Of a DNA stretch of 64,000 nt, positions 38,944 through 48,445 are shown piece after piece; position 1 is the first letter of the stretch, and each line of letters begins with the position of its first letter. The DNA comes from a virus. Taxonomy: Duplodnaviria; Caudoviricetes. Location of the stretch: the IMG/VR virus record IMGVR_UViG_3300021255_000054; one strand, given 5' to 3'. The notes below the pieces were generated by a model. The model made no database searches and was not told the DNA's origin. It was given only the letters and a program-made list of their open reading frames with translations. A program made the translations under genes and the position numbers.

Positions 38944-40216
38944 CTATTAACTTCACCTTTCCTTTCTTGACTCTAATTGCGCGATCGCATTCTTTGCATA
39001 GGCGTGATAAGCCATTAGTACGGGCTTTATTTTGGCTAAAGAATAAGGTGCTTGGCGGCAAGAGACGCTAACAGTGTGGGCATAGTACCAATTTATTCTT
39101 GGGGGTATCTACAAAGGCGTTATTCTTCGCGGCCGCAAGCGCAATTTTGCGTGGAATCTCATCCATAAATACAGTTGAAATGTGGTTAAGGTGGAATGAA
39201 ATTCCAAATTCGCGCAATATTATGTCAATTATGTCTTCATATGGGTATTTTTGTAACTTCAAATCCAACATATAATTTTTTAGAGGAGATAAATTTGCGG
39301 CTTTGCGGTATCTATCAAAGTCCCAGAATAATGTTTTACTATAGGTATCTACTTTTTCGTGTACTTGTTGGTCAATCTCACTATAGAAGTTAATAAAAGC
39401 TTGGATATGTTTGGTATTAGTCCAATCAAAATTATGCCTATAGACAACCCACTTAACTTCGGTACCATTAGGAGTTTCGCGCGTTTCGTAATCTGATAGG
39501 TTGCGCGAGATGGTATGGGTGTAGGAGTGATCAACGCGGCGCTGCCACTCTTCAATTGGAATCCAATAGAAGGAGTCGCCGCATAGGTCATAGAATTGGG
39601 TTTTTGGATGGTCTAGGGATTGAAACTTTAGTACTGGTTTATATGAATCTAGAAGATCATACTGGTTGCGGCGAATTTCAACTAGTTGATGTTTTAGGCG
39701 ATACAGACGATAGCTGTCTTCAAAAAGTAGGGTGTTTTCGTCTGGCGGAATTTTTCCTTCTAGCTACATAATCCATTTGTCGAGGCGGTCAATGGTATCC
39801 CACACTTCGGTCATACCGGGTACATCGGAGTCGCCTGGGTCTATTAGTTCTCCAGTTTTCTTATCATAGCGGGGCCGGCGCACGGTGCGTACTGATTTGT
39901 TATAGGGACTGCGCTTGTGCGGCGACTTCAACTATTCGTGGTCGAAGAGGGGATTTTCCATAAGCTCGTCAAGAGATAGGACACGTTCGGATGCGCGCTA
40001 AAAAGTGTTGTAACGGCGCATACCATCATCTGTGGTTTCGCTCCTTTCAATAGAGTTTTTTCCATTCTCATCTTTACCATATAAGATATAAGATGCCATT
40101 TGTTCAAGGTCGGTTTGGTTAGGGTCGGTTTCTAATCCGTCTAATATTGATTCTACGGCATGAAGGCGATCAATGTCGCGTTCTATGCTATAATCTAGTG
40201 AATATGCTTTTTTCAC
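38912..40216 (-). CDS. Hypothetical protein with C-terminal Zn finger, first gene of the structural operon (TAG=Gln)
   Basis: GGAGGTG RBS, GTG start; joins 39998 and 39068 fragments; CPHC..CKEC. Confidence 0.65.
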
Positions 40217-40238
40217 ATATAATCACCTCCATATTTAC

Positions 40239-40268
40239 ATTTTAACATTTTTGGTTTTGCGTTGTCAA
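40239..40268 (-). promoter_or_regulatory. SigA-type promoter of the structural operon
   Basis: TTGACA-18-TAAAAT with TG extension. Confidence 0.6.
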
Positions 40269-40378
40269 GTGTTTGAGTAGTAAGGTTAATTTTAAAAAAG
40301 TTGGTGGAATTTGGGGAGGCCCGGGTGGCGGAAAATAGTTCGGTACCGAAATATCCTGATTGTACGCCCGGGGATATG

Positions 40379-40409
40379 AAAAGCTCCCGAACGTTTCTGT
40401 TCGGGAGCT
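40379..40409 (-). terminator. Terminator of gene 40424..41221
   Basis: AGCTCCCGAAC-6-GTTCGGGAGCT-TTT. Confidence 0.7.
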
Positions 40410-40423
40410 GACCTATTTTATTT

Positions 40424-41221
40424 TTATTCGCCTAACAGCTGATTTAAACTTGTAAACCGTCCGCTATCAATCGCATCAATAAACATGTAATAACGTGATT
40501 CATTTGATTGAGATTGAATATTGTTTCCTTTTTCCGCGATTCCCTTTCCGCGCGACAAGTTATCCATATCGGACAAAAAATTATATTTATTGGTCCATAC
40601 TCCGCAACGTTTACCGATAAAAGCGAGCGCCTTTTCATAGTCACTTTTTTTCATATAATTAAACACTTTTTCTCTGTCCATATCGGAAAACATACCATAT
40701 ACAACGGTTGAAAAATCGCCATTCATATAATCAAAACGGGACGCGCTCGCCCACGTTTTTCCGTTGTGACCAACTTCAATCTTTCCATACTTTTTCGATA
40801 TGATATCGGTTATACCTTGTCCTTGTACTTTCAAATGATAAACACGGAGCAAATGAATATTTTTCAAAAATTTTACGCGGACAAGGACTTCTAACAAGTC
40901 ACCAAATGCTCCATAGTCCCCGCGCAAAAATTCGTCTTTTTTGAGTTGAGCGTAAAATCTCAAATATTCAAGCGGCTTTACAATTCCATAGTTGACAGCC
41001 TTTTCTGCGAGCTTATAGCCTGTCCATGCAATGACAGGTCCCTTTTTTTCGTCTGTATAGGCTTGCGGGAAAAGTTCATGTAATTCGGAATAAATGTTTT
41101 CCGCGATAATACCTAACGTTTCCATGTTTTCGCACTGTTCAATGTTTACCTTTTCAAGTAAAATTTTAACGTCGTTTTTGTCAAGTGTCGTCAATGAGTA
41201 ACGCGTGACTTTGTTTTCCAT
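40424..41221 (-). CDS. Hypothetical protein, possible PD-(D/E)xK-like fold
   Basis: Intact 265 aa, TAG-free, own promoter (41274-41301) and terminator; weak motif GDLLE..TDIISKKYGKIEV. Confidence 0.7.
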   Translation of the reverse strand: MENKVTRYSLTTLDKNDVKILLEKVNIEQCENMETLGIIAENIYSELHELFPQAYTDEKKGPVIAWTGYKLAEKAVNYGIVKPLEYLRFYAQLKKDEFLRGDYGAFGDLLEVLVRVKFLKNIHLLRVYHLKVQGQGITDIISKKYGKIEVGHNGKTWASASRFDYMNGDFSTVVYGMFSDMDREKVFNYMKKSDYEKALAFIGKRCGVWTNKYNFLSDMDNLSRGKGIAEKGNNIQSQSNESRYYMFIDAIDSGRFTSLNQLLGE

Positions 41222-41711
41222 GGTAAACCTTCCTTTCTGTTAGGGCGATGATTTTTTTTATGCCCTATATAATAGTATAATGATTTTTTTCGTTCTGTCA
41301 ATCCCTTTTATAATGTTTTTTATGTTTTTATATGCAATTTTTATATGAAACGTTTCATGAAAACTATGCATATTTTTCATGAAATACGTTCATCAACACG
41401 CAATCGTTTTCGTGTCGTTTTGTTAACGTGTTCAATAATCAACAGAACGCCAGAAACCCTTATTTTTCAATGGTTTCAGGGCTTTTAGATGTGTCACATC
41501 CAACTTAAGTCCTTGCAGTTTTCCGACACTTGCGATATAATATGTATATGAAAAGGGGGGTTATGTAACATGAAACCGTTTCTGTGTTCAATAATTGACA
41601 AGTGTACAAAAAGTGCCATCTGGGGCGGATCCGCCGATCCGCAAGCAAAAGAGCGCACGCACGGCGCGCACTGAGCGTACACATGCACGCGCGTATACGC
41701 GCGTACGGGAT

Positions 41712-41778
41712 AAGCTGGAAGCTGGAAGCTGGAAACGCGCAGGCAAGCTGGAAGCTGAGAAAGGAGCTGACAAGCTGA
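41712..41778 (+). repeat. AGCTGGAA/AGCTGA cluster
   Basis: AAGCTGG x3 in tandem, a fourth copy and three AGCTGA variants. Confidence 0.75.
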
Positions 41779-41910
41779 ATGAATACAAGACAAACAATCG
41801 GAGCAGGGATCATGATGATGGGACTATTGCAAAGCGCGCTTTTAGGAACACCGATCTTTCTATTGGGATTTGGAGCACTTGGGGCGCTATGTATGATCCG
41901 AATTCATTAA
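41779..41910 (+). CDS. Small hydrophobic membrane peptide (43 aa)
   Basis: AAGGAG upstream; MNTRQTIGAGIMMMGLLQSALLGTPIFLLGFGALGALCMIRIH; hairpin directly after the stop. Confidence 0.55.
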   Translation: MNTRQTIGAGIMMMGLLQSALLGTPIFLLGFGALGALCMIRIH

Positions 41911-42035
41911 GGGCGCGAGCCCTTCTTATAAAATTGGATGTTAAACATCCAATTTTCTTAGTTGACAGATAGATAAAGATATGATAATATATAATCGTTC
42001 CAAGGGAACGAATAAAGAAAGCGAGGTAAACAACA

Positions 42036-42308
42036 ATGACTATTACCAGCAACAACGGGCACAAATACGCACAGTCTAAAATTATTCGGTATGACAACGG
42101 CGCGATGTCTATGATCTCTTATACCACGACGGTATGCAAGGTTGATCCGAACGGATGGTTGACAGTCAACGGGCTTTATTCCCGTACAACCATCAAACAC
42201 ATCGGATGGTTCATGAGGGAATTAGGATTGACCTATCAGTTGGCAAAGGCGCTTTATATGGATGGTTTACAGTACAACTTGCACACGGGTGAGGTCAAGG
42301 CGCGGTGA
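42036..42308 (+). CDS. Cassette hypothetical protein
   Basis: Own promoter, GAGG RBS and terminator between palindromes. Confidence 0.8.
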   Translation: MTITSNNGHKYAQSKIIRYDNGAMSMISYTTTVCKVDPNGWLTVNGLYSRTTIKHIGWFMRELGLTYQLAKALYMDGLQYNLHTGEVKAR

Positions 42309-42406
42309 GCGCCTTTATATTTTTAGATGTTAAACATCCAACTTTTCTCTTGCTTTTTTCTAAAAACTATGTTATACTATTATCATCAAAGAAGGAGGTT
42401 GGAGCA

Positions 42407-42547
42407 ATGAAAACTATTTATGAAGTATGGAATATTCGACATGAGACAATCGCCAAATTTTTAGACTTTGATCTCGCTAAACAGTTTATCAAAGACCATG
42501 GAGCACAAGCACGCTTTTGGTTTATTGTAGAATATAAGGAGCGGTGA
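42407..42547 (+). CDS. Cassette small protein (46 aa)
   Basis: AAGGAGG RBS, ATG 42407. Confidence 0.7.
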   Translation: MKTIYEVWNIRHETIAKFLDFDLAKQFIKDHGAQARFWFIVEYKER

Positions 42548-42587
42548 CTCCTTATAAAGTTAGATGTTAAACATCTAAAATCATATC

Positions 42588-42616
42588 TTGACAATCTAAT
42601 ATAATACGTATATAAT
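42588..42616 (+). promoter_or_regulatory. Representative cassette promoter
   Basis: TTGACA-17-TATAAT starting 9 nt after the palindrome; same layout at most cassettes. Confidence 0.9.
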
Positions 42617-42645
42617 GGTATCATCAAATGAGGGAGGGATTTCCA

Positions 42646-42837
42646 ATGACTATCAATTACACCATCACCGTTATCTCTAATGACGATCACGACATTCTGT
42701 TCCGCGCAAGCGGTACGCGGGAAGATTATAGCACGCCCACCTATATGATGAATGAATTGGGCCACCGCTATATGGATAGCACTGTTATCTATCATGATTT
42801 GACCAATGGTTTTAAAGTTGAAAAGTCCTTTGAATAA
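42646..42837 (+). CDS. Cassette hypothetical protein
   Basis: GGGAGG RBS, ATG 42646. Confidence 0.75.
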   Translation: MTINYTITVISNDDHDILFRASGTREDYSTPTYMMNELGHRYMDSTVIYHDLTNGFKVEKSFE

Positions 42838-42944
42838 AGGACTTTTTCTTATGTGTTTTTAGATGTTAAACATCCAAAAATGCCTATTGACAAATGATCT
42901 TTATAGATATATAATTGTATCATCAAATGAAGGAGGAACGAGCA

Positions 42945-43259
42945 ATGATCAACATTAGGAGCATTCGCAAGTTGGCTAACAACGACGGACTTACACTGAA
43001 AGCAGGAAAGATTATTAACTATAAGAGCGGCTATCAGGTCGCAGACTATGGGTACGAGCTGACAACAGCTGAAGAGGCTATCAAATGTGTGCGCAAGCTG
43101 AAAGGAAATTGTGGTATTTGGTATAGTGAAGGAATTTATTATATTGATCATTCCTTCCGTGTTAGTACAAAAAGAGAAGCAATCAGAATTGGAATTGAAC
43201 ATAATCAAATCTCAATTCTTAAATGGAAAGATAAGTCTCTTATCTATTGTACTCCATAA
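42945..43259 (+). CDS. Cassette hypothetical protein
   Basis: AAGGAGG RBS; stop codon in the loop of an 11-bp hairpin. Confidence 0.8.
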   Translation: MINIRSIRKLANNDGLTLKAGKIINYKSGYQVADYGYELTTAEEAIKCVRKLKGNCGIWYSEGIYYIDHSFRVSTKREAIRIGIEHNQISILKWKDKSLIYCTP

Positions 43260-43382
43260 TGGAGTACAATTTTATTTTTAAAAGTTAGATGTTAAACATC
43301 CAATTTTTACCTATTGACATATAAGACCGGACATGTTATTATATACTTGTCCAAAGGGACAGAAACGAAAGGAGCGATTTCA

Positions 43383-43631
43383 ATGATGACCAAATGGATT
43401 TCCGTCAACGTTAGCAACTTTGCTAATGATCCGGCCTGCAATAGCGGAACGATTTTCTATGAGGATAGCACAACCGGATTGAAGCTGCATTTGCATGTAT
43501 CACAGGAAGAAGGAAAAGAAGTATTAAAGCAAGCTGAAAAGTTGCTCAACAAGCGAGCGGAATTCAATGTCAATCAGTTTAATCCTTCCATAACTTATTA
43601 TGAAATCAATGGATTTATTGACTGGGATTAA
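43383..43631 (+). CDS. Cassette hypothetical protein
   Basis: AAAGGAG RBS, ATG 43383. Confidence 0.75.
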   Translation: MMTKWISVNVSNFANDPACNSGTIFYEDSTTGLKLHLHVSQEEGKEVLKQAEKLLNKRAEFNVNQFNPSITYYEINGFIDWD

Positions 43632-43733
43632 TCCCAGTCTTATTATTTTAGATGTTAAACATCTAATTTATAAGACTTGCGAGACTCTAAAAGGTATGAT
43701 ATAATTAGGTATCAAATGAAGGAGGGATTCGCA

Positions 43734-43898
43734 ATGACTCAAGTTTATCTCGTTTGGTACACTCCAACTAATCAGACTATTGAAGCACTTTGGGGCGTAT
43801 ATGCAAATCGTAAAAATGCAGAACGAACCGCAGATTTTATTTTACTTAACCATTACGGCACAAATATTAAAATCAATGAAGAAGAAATAATGGACTAA
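43734..43898 (+). CDS. Cassette small protein
   Basis: AAGGAGG RBS, ATG 43734. Confidence 0.7.
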   Translation: MTQVYLVWYTPTNQTIEALWGVYANRKNAERTADFILLNHYGTNIKINEEEIMD

Positions 43899-44037
43899 AA
43901 TGAATTGCCCGAAACCGGGCAATTTCATTTTGAATATTTAGATGTTAAACATCTAACTTTATCTCTTGCAATATTCCCGAAAGTATGCTATTATATACTT
44001 GTCCGAAGGGACGAAAGAAAGAAAGGGGATTTGAAAC

Positions 44038-44205
44038 ATGATCGAGTATTATTGGATGCACAAAGAGGACGGTTACATCATTCCCGAAAGTCGGCTTGAA
44101 GATGATTGCTATCTCAACGGCTATGATGATGTGATTGACCCGTGTTCGGTTGAGTACGGCAATTTCAATCTCTATTATGAAAAGACCACCTTGCGCGTAA
44201 AGTAA
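44038..44205 (+). CDS. Cassette small acidic protein (55 aa)
   Basis: Below track cut-off; AAAGGGG RBS; MIEYYWMHKEDGYIIPESRLEDD. Confidence 0.7.
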   Translation: MIEYYWMHKEDGYIIPESRLEDDCYLNGYDDVIDPCSVEYGNFNLYYEKTTLRVK

Positions 44206-44335
44206 AACGCGCGCATCCCGAAAGGGATGCATAAAAGTTAGATGTTAAACATCTAAATTTCCCTATTGACTTTCCTATATAAAGTGATATAATGATATTG
44301 TCCTCAGAGAGAGGATAAGAAAGGAGATTAGCATT

Positions 44336-44572
44336 ATGTGGTTGTTCTATTGTGACAATAGCGGATGGATTCCTATGGGGAACGATGGACAGATGAAAGT
44401 CCCGGCCCGCATCAGCACGCGCAAGCTGCACCAGCTGGCGGAAGCATTGCTCAGCGGACGAGCTGGAAGAATTTACCTTATGACAAGCTGGACCCAGCAG
44501 ATGTCCGAGCTTGGTCCGCGCGCTTTTGAAGAATATATCCAGCGCAATGGAAAAGTAGTGGTTCATTCGTGA
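44336..44572 (+). CDS. Cassette hypothetical protein
   Basis: AAAGGAG RBS; fills the cassette. Confidence 0.75.
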   Translation: MWLFYCDNSGWIPMGNDGQMKVPARISTRKLHQLAEALLSGRAGRIYLMTSWTQQMSELGPRAFEEYIQRNGKVVVHS

Positions 44573-44689
44573 ACCACTATTTCATTTTAAAATATTTAGA
44601 TGTTAAACATCTAAAATAATATGTTGACATTTTCCCGATACTATGCTATTATATAATTGTCCAAAGGGACAGAAAGGATGGTAACTCAA

Positions 44690-44875
44690 ATGGATACTCG
44701 TTATATGATGACTACTACCTATACTGATTTCTCCACCAAATGTGAACGCAGTGATGATTTTTATACACTTATGCGAGCTGCATCTATTTACTGGGAAGAC
44801 CCAAGCTGCGTATATATTCATATTTGGGATAATGCGCTGGAAAAAGATATATTCTCATATGAACAGCCCTGTTAA
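44690..44875 (+). CDS. Cassette hypothetical protein
   Basis: AAAGGA RBS; fills the cassette. Confidence 0.7.
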   Translation: MDTRYMMTTTYTDFSTKCERSDDFYTLMRAASIYWEDPSCVYIHIWDNALEKDIFSYEQPC

Positions 44876-44949
44876 GGGCTTTATTATTTTAGATGTTAAA
44901 CATCTAAATTCATCTCTTGACTTCTCTTATAATATATGATATTATACTA

Positions 44950-45122
44950 CTGTCGAAAGGGGGAAGGGAAGATGATTCCACCGGGTTAGTAGTCCCAAGG
45001 TCACGGGTTGGTACCGGACTGGCGGGATTATATGACGCAACCAACTGCCGCTAACTTGCCGTGGCGAAGCAAGCTGGTGAAATTGAGCCAATTGGCGGAT
45101 TGATCACCCGCCAATTCTTTTA
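44950..45122 (+). ncRNA. Putative structured small RNA cassette (alternative: 43-aa ORF 44972..45103 with TAG-TAG)
   Basis: Promoter and terminator present; GC-rich; CCAC/GTGG, CGGGTTAG/CTAACTTG and AGTCC/GGACT pairings. Confidence 0.45.
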
Positions 45123-45236
45123 TGTAAATAATTAGATGTTAAACATCTAAAACTAACCCTTGACTTCTTCTCTTCTTTATGATATCATATAATTGTTCCA
45201 AGGGGAACGAAATAAATATGAGAGAAGGACACGAAC

Positions 45237-45476
45237 ATGACAATGACGATTGAAAAGAAACTCCGGGACTTCAACTTCTGGGGCGGTGCCGCTACCAACG
45301 CCGCGAAACTGACTCCTGAAGAGCTGGACACACTGGAATATCAGCTGGAAGAAATGATTGGCATTGACGAACCTTGGAGCACCACGGAGGTTAATGACTG
45401 GATGTGGTTCGACTTTGAAAGTATCTGCAACGAGTGGCTTAGAATTGATTATGAAGAAGTAATGGCGAGGACATAA
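45237..45476 (+). CDS. Cassette small acidic protein
   Basis: D/E- and W/F-rich 79 aa; fills the cassette. Confidence 0.8.
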   Translation: MTMTIEKKLRDFNFWGGAATNAAKLTPEELDTLEYQLEEMIGIDEPWSTTEVNDWMWFDFESICNEWLRIDYEEVMART

Positions 45477-45598
45477 TCCTCGCCTTTATTTCATTATAGA
45501 ATTTTAGATGTTAAACATCTAATTTTATAGTTTGACATTCTCCTTAAACTATGCTATTATATACTTGTTCCAAGGGGAACAGAAAGGAAGTATGAGAT

Positions 45599-45820
45599 AT
45601 GCTTAAAGTCACAAAGACATATGCGCGCACATTGTACGATATGGGAAAGCCCGTAATGATTATTCCGAATAAGATGCGCACTGATTCTTTTATGGCGTGC
45701 TGGCAAATAAAGCCGTTTAATGATCCAAACGCCAGCTTTGATAAGCTGGTAAATGCGATTAGCTATTATAATTGTTCTCCCGAAACTGGTTTGGGACTTG
45801 CATATTATACACAGGAATAA
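45599..45820 (+). CDS. Cassette hypothetical protein
   Basis: RBS, promoter and terminator present. Confidence 0.75.
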   Translation: MLKVTKTYARTLYDMGKPVMIIPNKMRTDSFMACWQIKPFNDPNASFDKLVNAISYYNCSPETGLGLAYYTQE

Positions 45821-45942
45821 GGGCCTCGCCCTTATTTCATTTTAAAAAAGTTAGATGTTAAACATCTAATTTATATGATTGACTATTTCCTAATACTATG
45901 TTATAGTGTACTTGTCCAAAGGACAGAAAGGAAGTAAGAGCA

Positions 45943-46413
45943 ATGACAGATGAAGTTATCAAGGCTATGCAAGGCGACAAGAAGAAACACAAGGCGCGCA
46001 AATGGTGGCACAAGAACGGTTACAAGGTCATGCGCGTGATCCTGTTCCCGATCTGGATTGGTAGTATCCTGCTTGAAAAAGGGCGCAAATGGCTCAACAA
46101 TCAGCAGGAATGGAGCGAAGAACGCGCCACCGAAATTCTCAACTACTACATCCCGCGCGCGTCTAAATGGGATGATAAAGACAAGTGTCTTTACTTCTTC
46201 GACAATGGTATGGGCTGGAATTACAAACTTGCAAAGCGGTATCTCAAAAGGAAAGACCGCCGTTTCTGGAAAGTGCATTGCACTTGGTGGGGCGGCAAAA
46301 TGCGTACCCTGTTGATGGAAAAATTCGAGCTTGAAGGATTCACAAAAGAGCTTGGCAACTGTTCCGAAGGTTGGACAGAAATTTCTTTCGTACTGAATGA
46401 GAAAAAAGGTTAA
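45943..46413 (+). CDS. Cassette hypothetical protein (basic, Trp-rich)
   Basis: 156 aa, fills the cassette. Confidence 0.8.
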   Translation: MTDEVIKAMQGDKKKHKARKWWHKNGYKVMRVILFPIWIGSILLEKGRKWLNNQQEWSEERATEILNYYIPRASKWDDKDKCLYFFDNGMGWNYKLAKRYLKRKDRRFWKVHCTWWGGKMRTLLMEKFELEGFTKELGNCSEGWTEISFVLNEKKG

Positions 46414-46567
46414 CAAACCCTTTTTCTGTGGATGATAATTGTTAAGGCGCGCGGGCGCCTTTCTATTTTAGATGTTAAACATCTAACTTTTACCATTGAC
46501 TTTCTTATATAGGTATGATATATTATACTTGTTCCAAGAGAGAAGGAACAGAAAGGAAGTATGCAGT

Positions 46568-46822
46568 ATGACTAGAGTTGGGCCGTATCTGTGGGAAATT
46601 GATGTACAGGATATGAAACTTGAAGAACTTGACGCTCTACAGTCAATCGTCAATGATACGATCAAACAGCGCAGAATGGAACAGTGCTATGAAAAGAAAC
46701 TGCATGACCTGATTGATGAAGCCAAATCCAAGGGCGTATGCTTTAACTATAATGGTCTTTGCACTTGGATTTGTCTTACTGAAACACAGGACAAGATTTA
46801 CGCTTCTCCTGACGGGGATTAA
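46568..46822 (+). CDS. Cassette hypothetical protein
   Basis: AAAGGA RBS, ATG 46568. Confidence 0.75.
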   Translation: MTRVGPYLWEIDVQDMKLEELDALQSIVNDTIKQRRMEQCYEKKLHDLIDEAKSKGVCFNYNGLCTWICLTETQDKIYASPDGD

Positions 46823-46940
46823 TATCCCCAATTTTATTTTATTTTAAAATAAATTAGATGTTAAACATCTAACTTTCTCTGTTGACTTTCCTGTTACTAT
46901 ATGATATACTTACATCATCAAAGAAAGGGAGGCCACCACG

Positions 46941-47246
46941 ATGGAAATGACTTATCACGTAAAGGTTCAGAGGGCAAACCGGGTACAGCATATCATTAAT
47001 GATATCGGTATGGGCCAGATTGTTAAGGAGAAGTTTGTAAACAACTGCTACACCTGTATTACTGATACTGGCATTACCATTATCAAGTCAGCTGACAAGC
47101 TGAAGATTGTAACTATGTATGTTACAACCTACAGAGAGCTGGTAAAGGTTTATGAAGGAACCAAGCGGATTCCTCCGTACCTGAAGAAGCGGGTTGACCG
47201 CAATCAGTCTAAATATACTAATGATGGGAAAACAATTTGGAGGTAA
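46941..47246 (+). CDS. Cassette hypothetical protein
   Basis: GGGAGG RBS. Confidence 0.8.
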   Translation: MEMTYHVKVQRANRVQHIINDIGMGQIVKEKFVNNCYTCITDTGITIIKSADKLKIVTMYVTTYRELVKVYEGTKRIPPYLKKRVDRNQSKYTNDGKTIWR

Positions 47247-47252
47247 GCTGAA

Positions 47253-47585
47253 ATGAAGATCGCAGTTACTCAATGGTATGAATTGACGGATGAACAGGTA
47301 CAAGAGTTAATTAATAATATGTATGAAGACTTAGACTCTGTACCAGCTATGAATTATGTTGAAGAAAGGTTAATGGATTATTGCGCTTCTATGTTCGCAG
47401 ATACTTTTGAAGTTACTAACAGCGATGATGAAGTTGAAGAAATCTACAATGAAGTTAAACGCAGGATTGAAAGCGACGTTAAATTACAGTTAAAGCGTAA
47501 AATTGCAGAACTTGAAAAAGAAATTGCTAAGAGTAGAGAAGAATTGAAAACCGCGCGGGAAAAACTTTTGAGAATGGACGAGTAA
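47253..47585 (+). CDS. Cassette acidic/coiled-coil protein
   Basis: GGAGG RBS; second gene of the cassette. Confidence 0.75.
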   Translation: MKIAVTQWYELTDEQVQELINNMYEDLDSVPAMNYVEERLMDYCASMFADTFEVTNSDDEVEEIYNEVKRRIESDVKLQLKRKIAELEKEIAKSREELKTAREKLLRMDE

Positions 47586-47679
47586 TCGTCCATTATTATA
47601 TTAGATGTTAAACATCTAATTCTAATATTTGACTTAATTTCATTTTTATGATATTATATCTATGCAAGGAGGGGATAAG

Positions 47680-47832
47680 ATGAGTAAGAAACAGAAACCC
47701 ACCCCTAAAACTTGGGTTGAAGTATTTCAAGGAGAACGGAAGGAGTTTCCACAGGGATATTGCGTCACTCGTATTATCCCAGACAAGCGCAAGAAAGCAC
47801 CAAAACATAAGGAAAGGGAGTTTGATGACTGA
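47680..47832 (+). CDS. Small basic protein (50 aa)
   Basis: AAGGAGG RBS; first of a four-gene cassette. Confidence 0.65.
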   Translation: MSKKQKPTPKTWVEVFQGERKEFPQGYCVTRIIPDKRKKAPKHKEREFDD

Positions 47833-47999
47833 TGCCTTGGTGGTGGGATGTTCGTAATGTAATCAATAATAAGTTGATTCGCTTTCTGTTAAATCGTTGT
47901 GTGATTGATAGTTGCACCCTTCGTAAAATTGTTTATAAAGTATCTAATTATGAATTACAGCCAATTATGGACGAGAAGGAAAAGGAGTTTGACGAATGA
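47832..47999 (+). CDS. Small protein (55 aa)
   Basis: TGATG coupling; GGGAG RBS. Confidence 0.55.
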   Translation: MPWWWDVRNVINNKLIRFLLNRCVIDSCTLRKIVYKVSNYELQPIMDEKEKEFDE

Positions 48000-48157
48000 A
48001 ATATAAATGGGTTATCATGCAGGAACTTGAGGATAGTGGTTGCGCGAATCCTTATTTGATTGTAGATACCGAAAAGCGCGCCGAAGAACTATGCTATAAG
48101 TTAGAATCCGAAAACCCGGGCTTTATCTTCTGGTCTTATATGTGTAAGGAGGAATAA
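47996..48157 (+). CDS. Small protein (53 aa)
   Basis: ATGA coupling; AAGGAG RBS. Confidence 0.65.
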   Translation: MKYKWVIMQELEDSGCANPYLIVDTEKRAEELCYKLESENPGFIFWSYMCKEE

Positions 48158-48158
48158 T

Positions 48159-48368
48159 ATGAATATTGTTACTCGTACCTATTACATCCCCCGTAACCAG
48201 ATTGGGCGCTATGTAATGAATTATATTGTTGAAAAGGTTGGTTGCTCTGTCGGTGAATTTAAGTTGAATCGTCAGGCCGAAACTATTCGTTTCTCTATCA
48301 CTTGCAAAATTAACGATGTACCTACCGTTGAAAAGATTTTGCGGCTTTATGATATGTTAGGGGAGTAA
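48159..48368 (+). CDS. Cassette hypothetical protein
   Basis: AAGGAGG RBS. Confidence 0.7.
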   Translation: MNIVTRTYYIPRNQIGRYVMNYIVEKVGCSVGEFKLNRQAETIRFSITCKINDVPTVEKILRLYDMLGE

Positions 48369-48445
48369 TTTCCCCTTCAAATAATTAGATGTTAAACATC
48401 TAAAACAAAGCGTTGACTTTTCCCGAAATTTGAGTATAATAATAA

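Noticed and set aside
4669-39771. Plus-strand track ORFs inside the structural operon
   Set aside because: Antisense to long recoded genes, without RBS or protein-like composition
4186-40216. Decayed prophage / pseudogenes
   Set aside because: Interruptions are TAG only, fragments stay in frame, and motifs and RBS are intact, which fits recoding rather than decay
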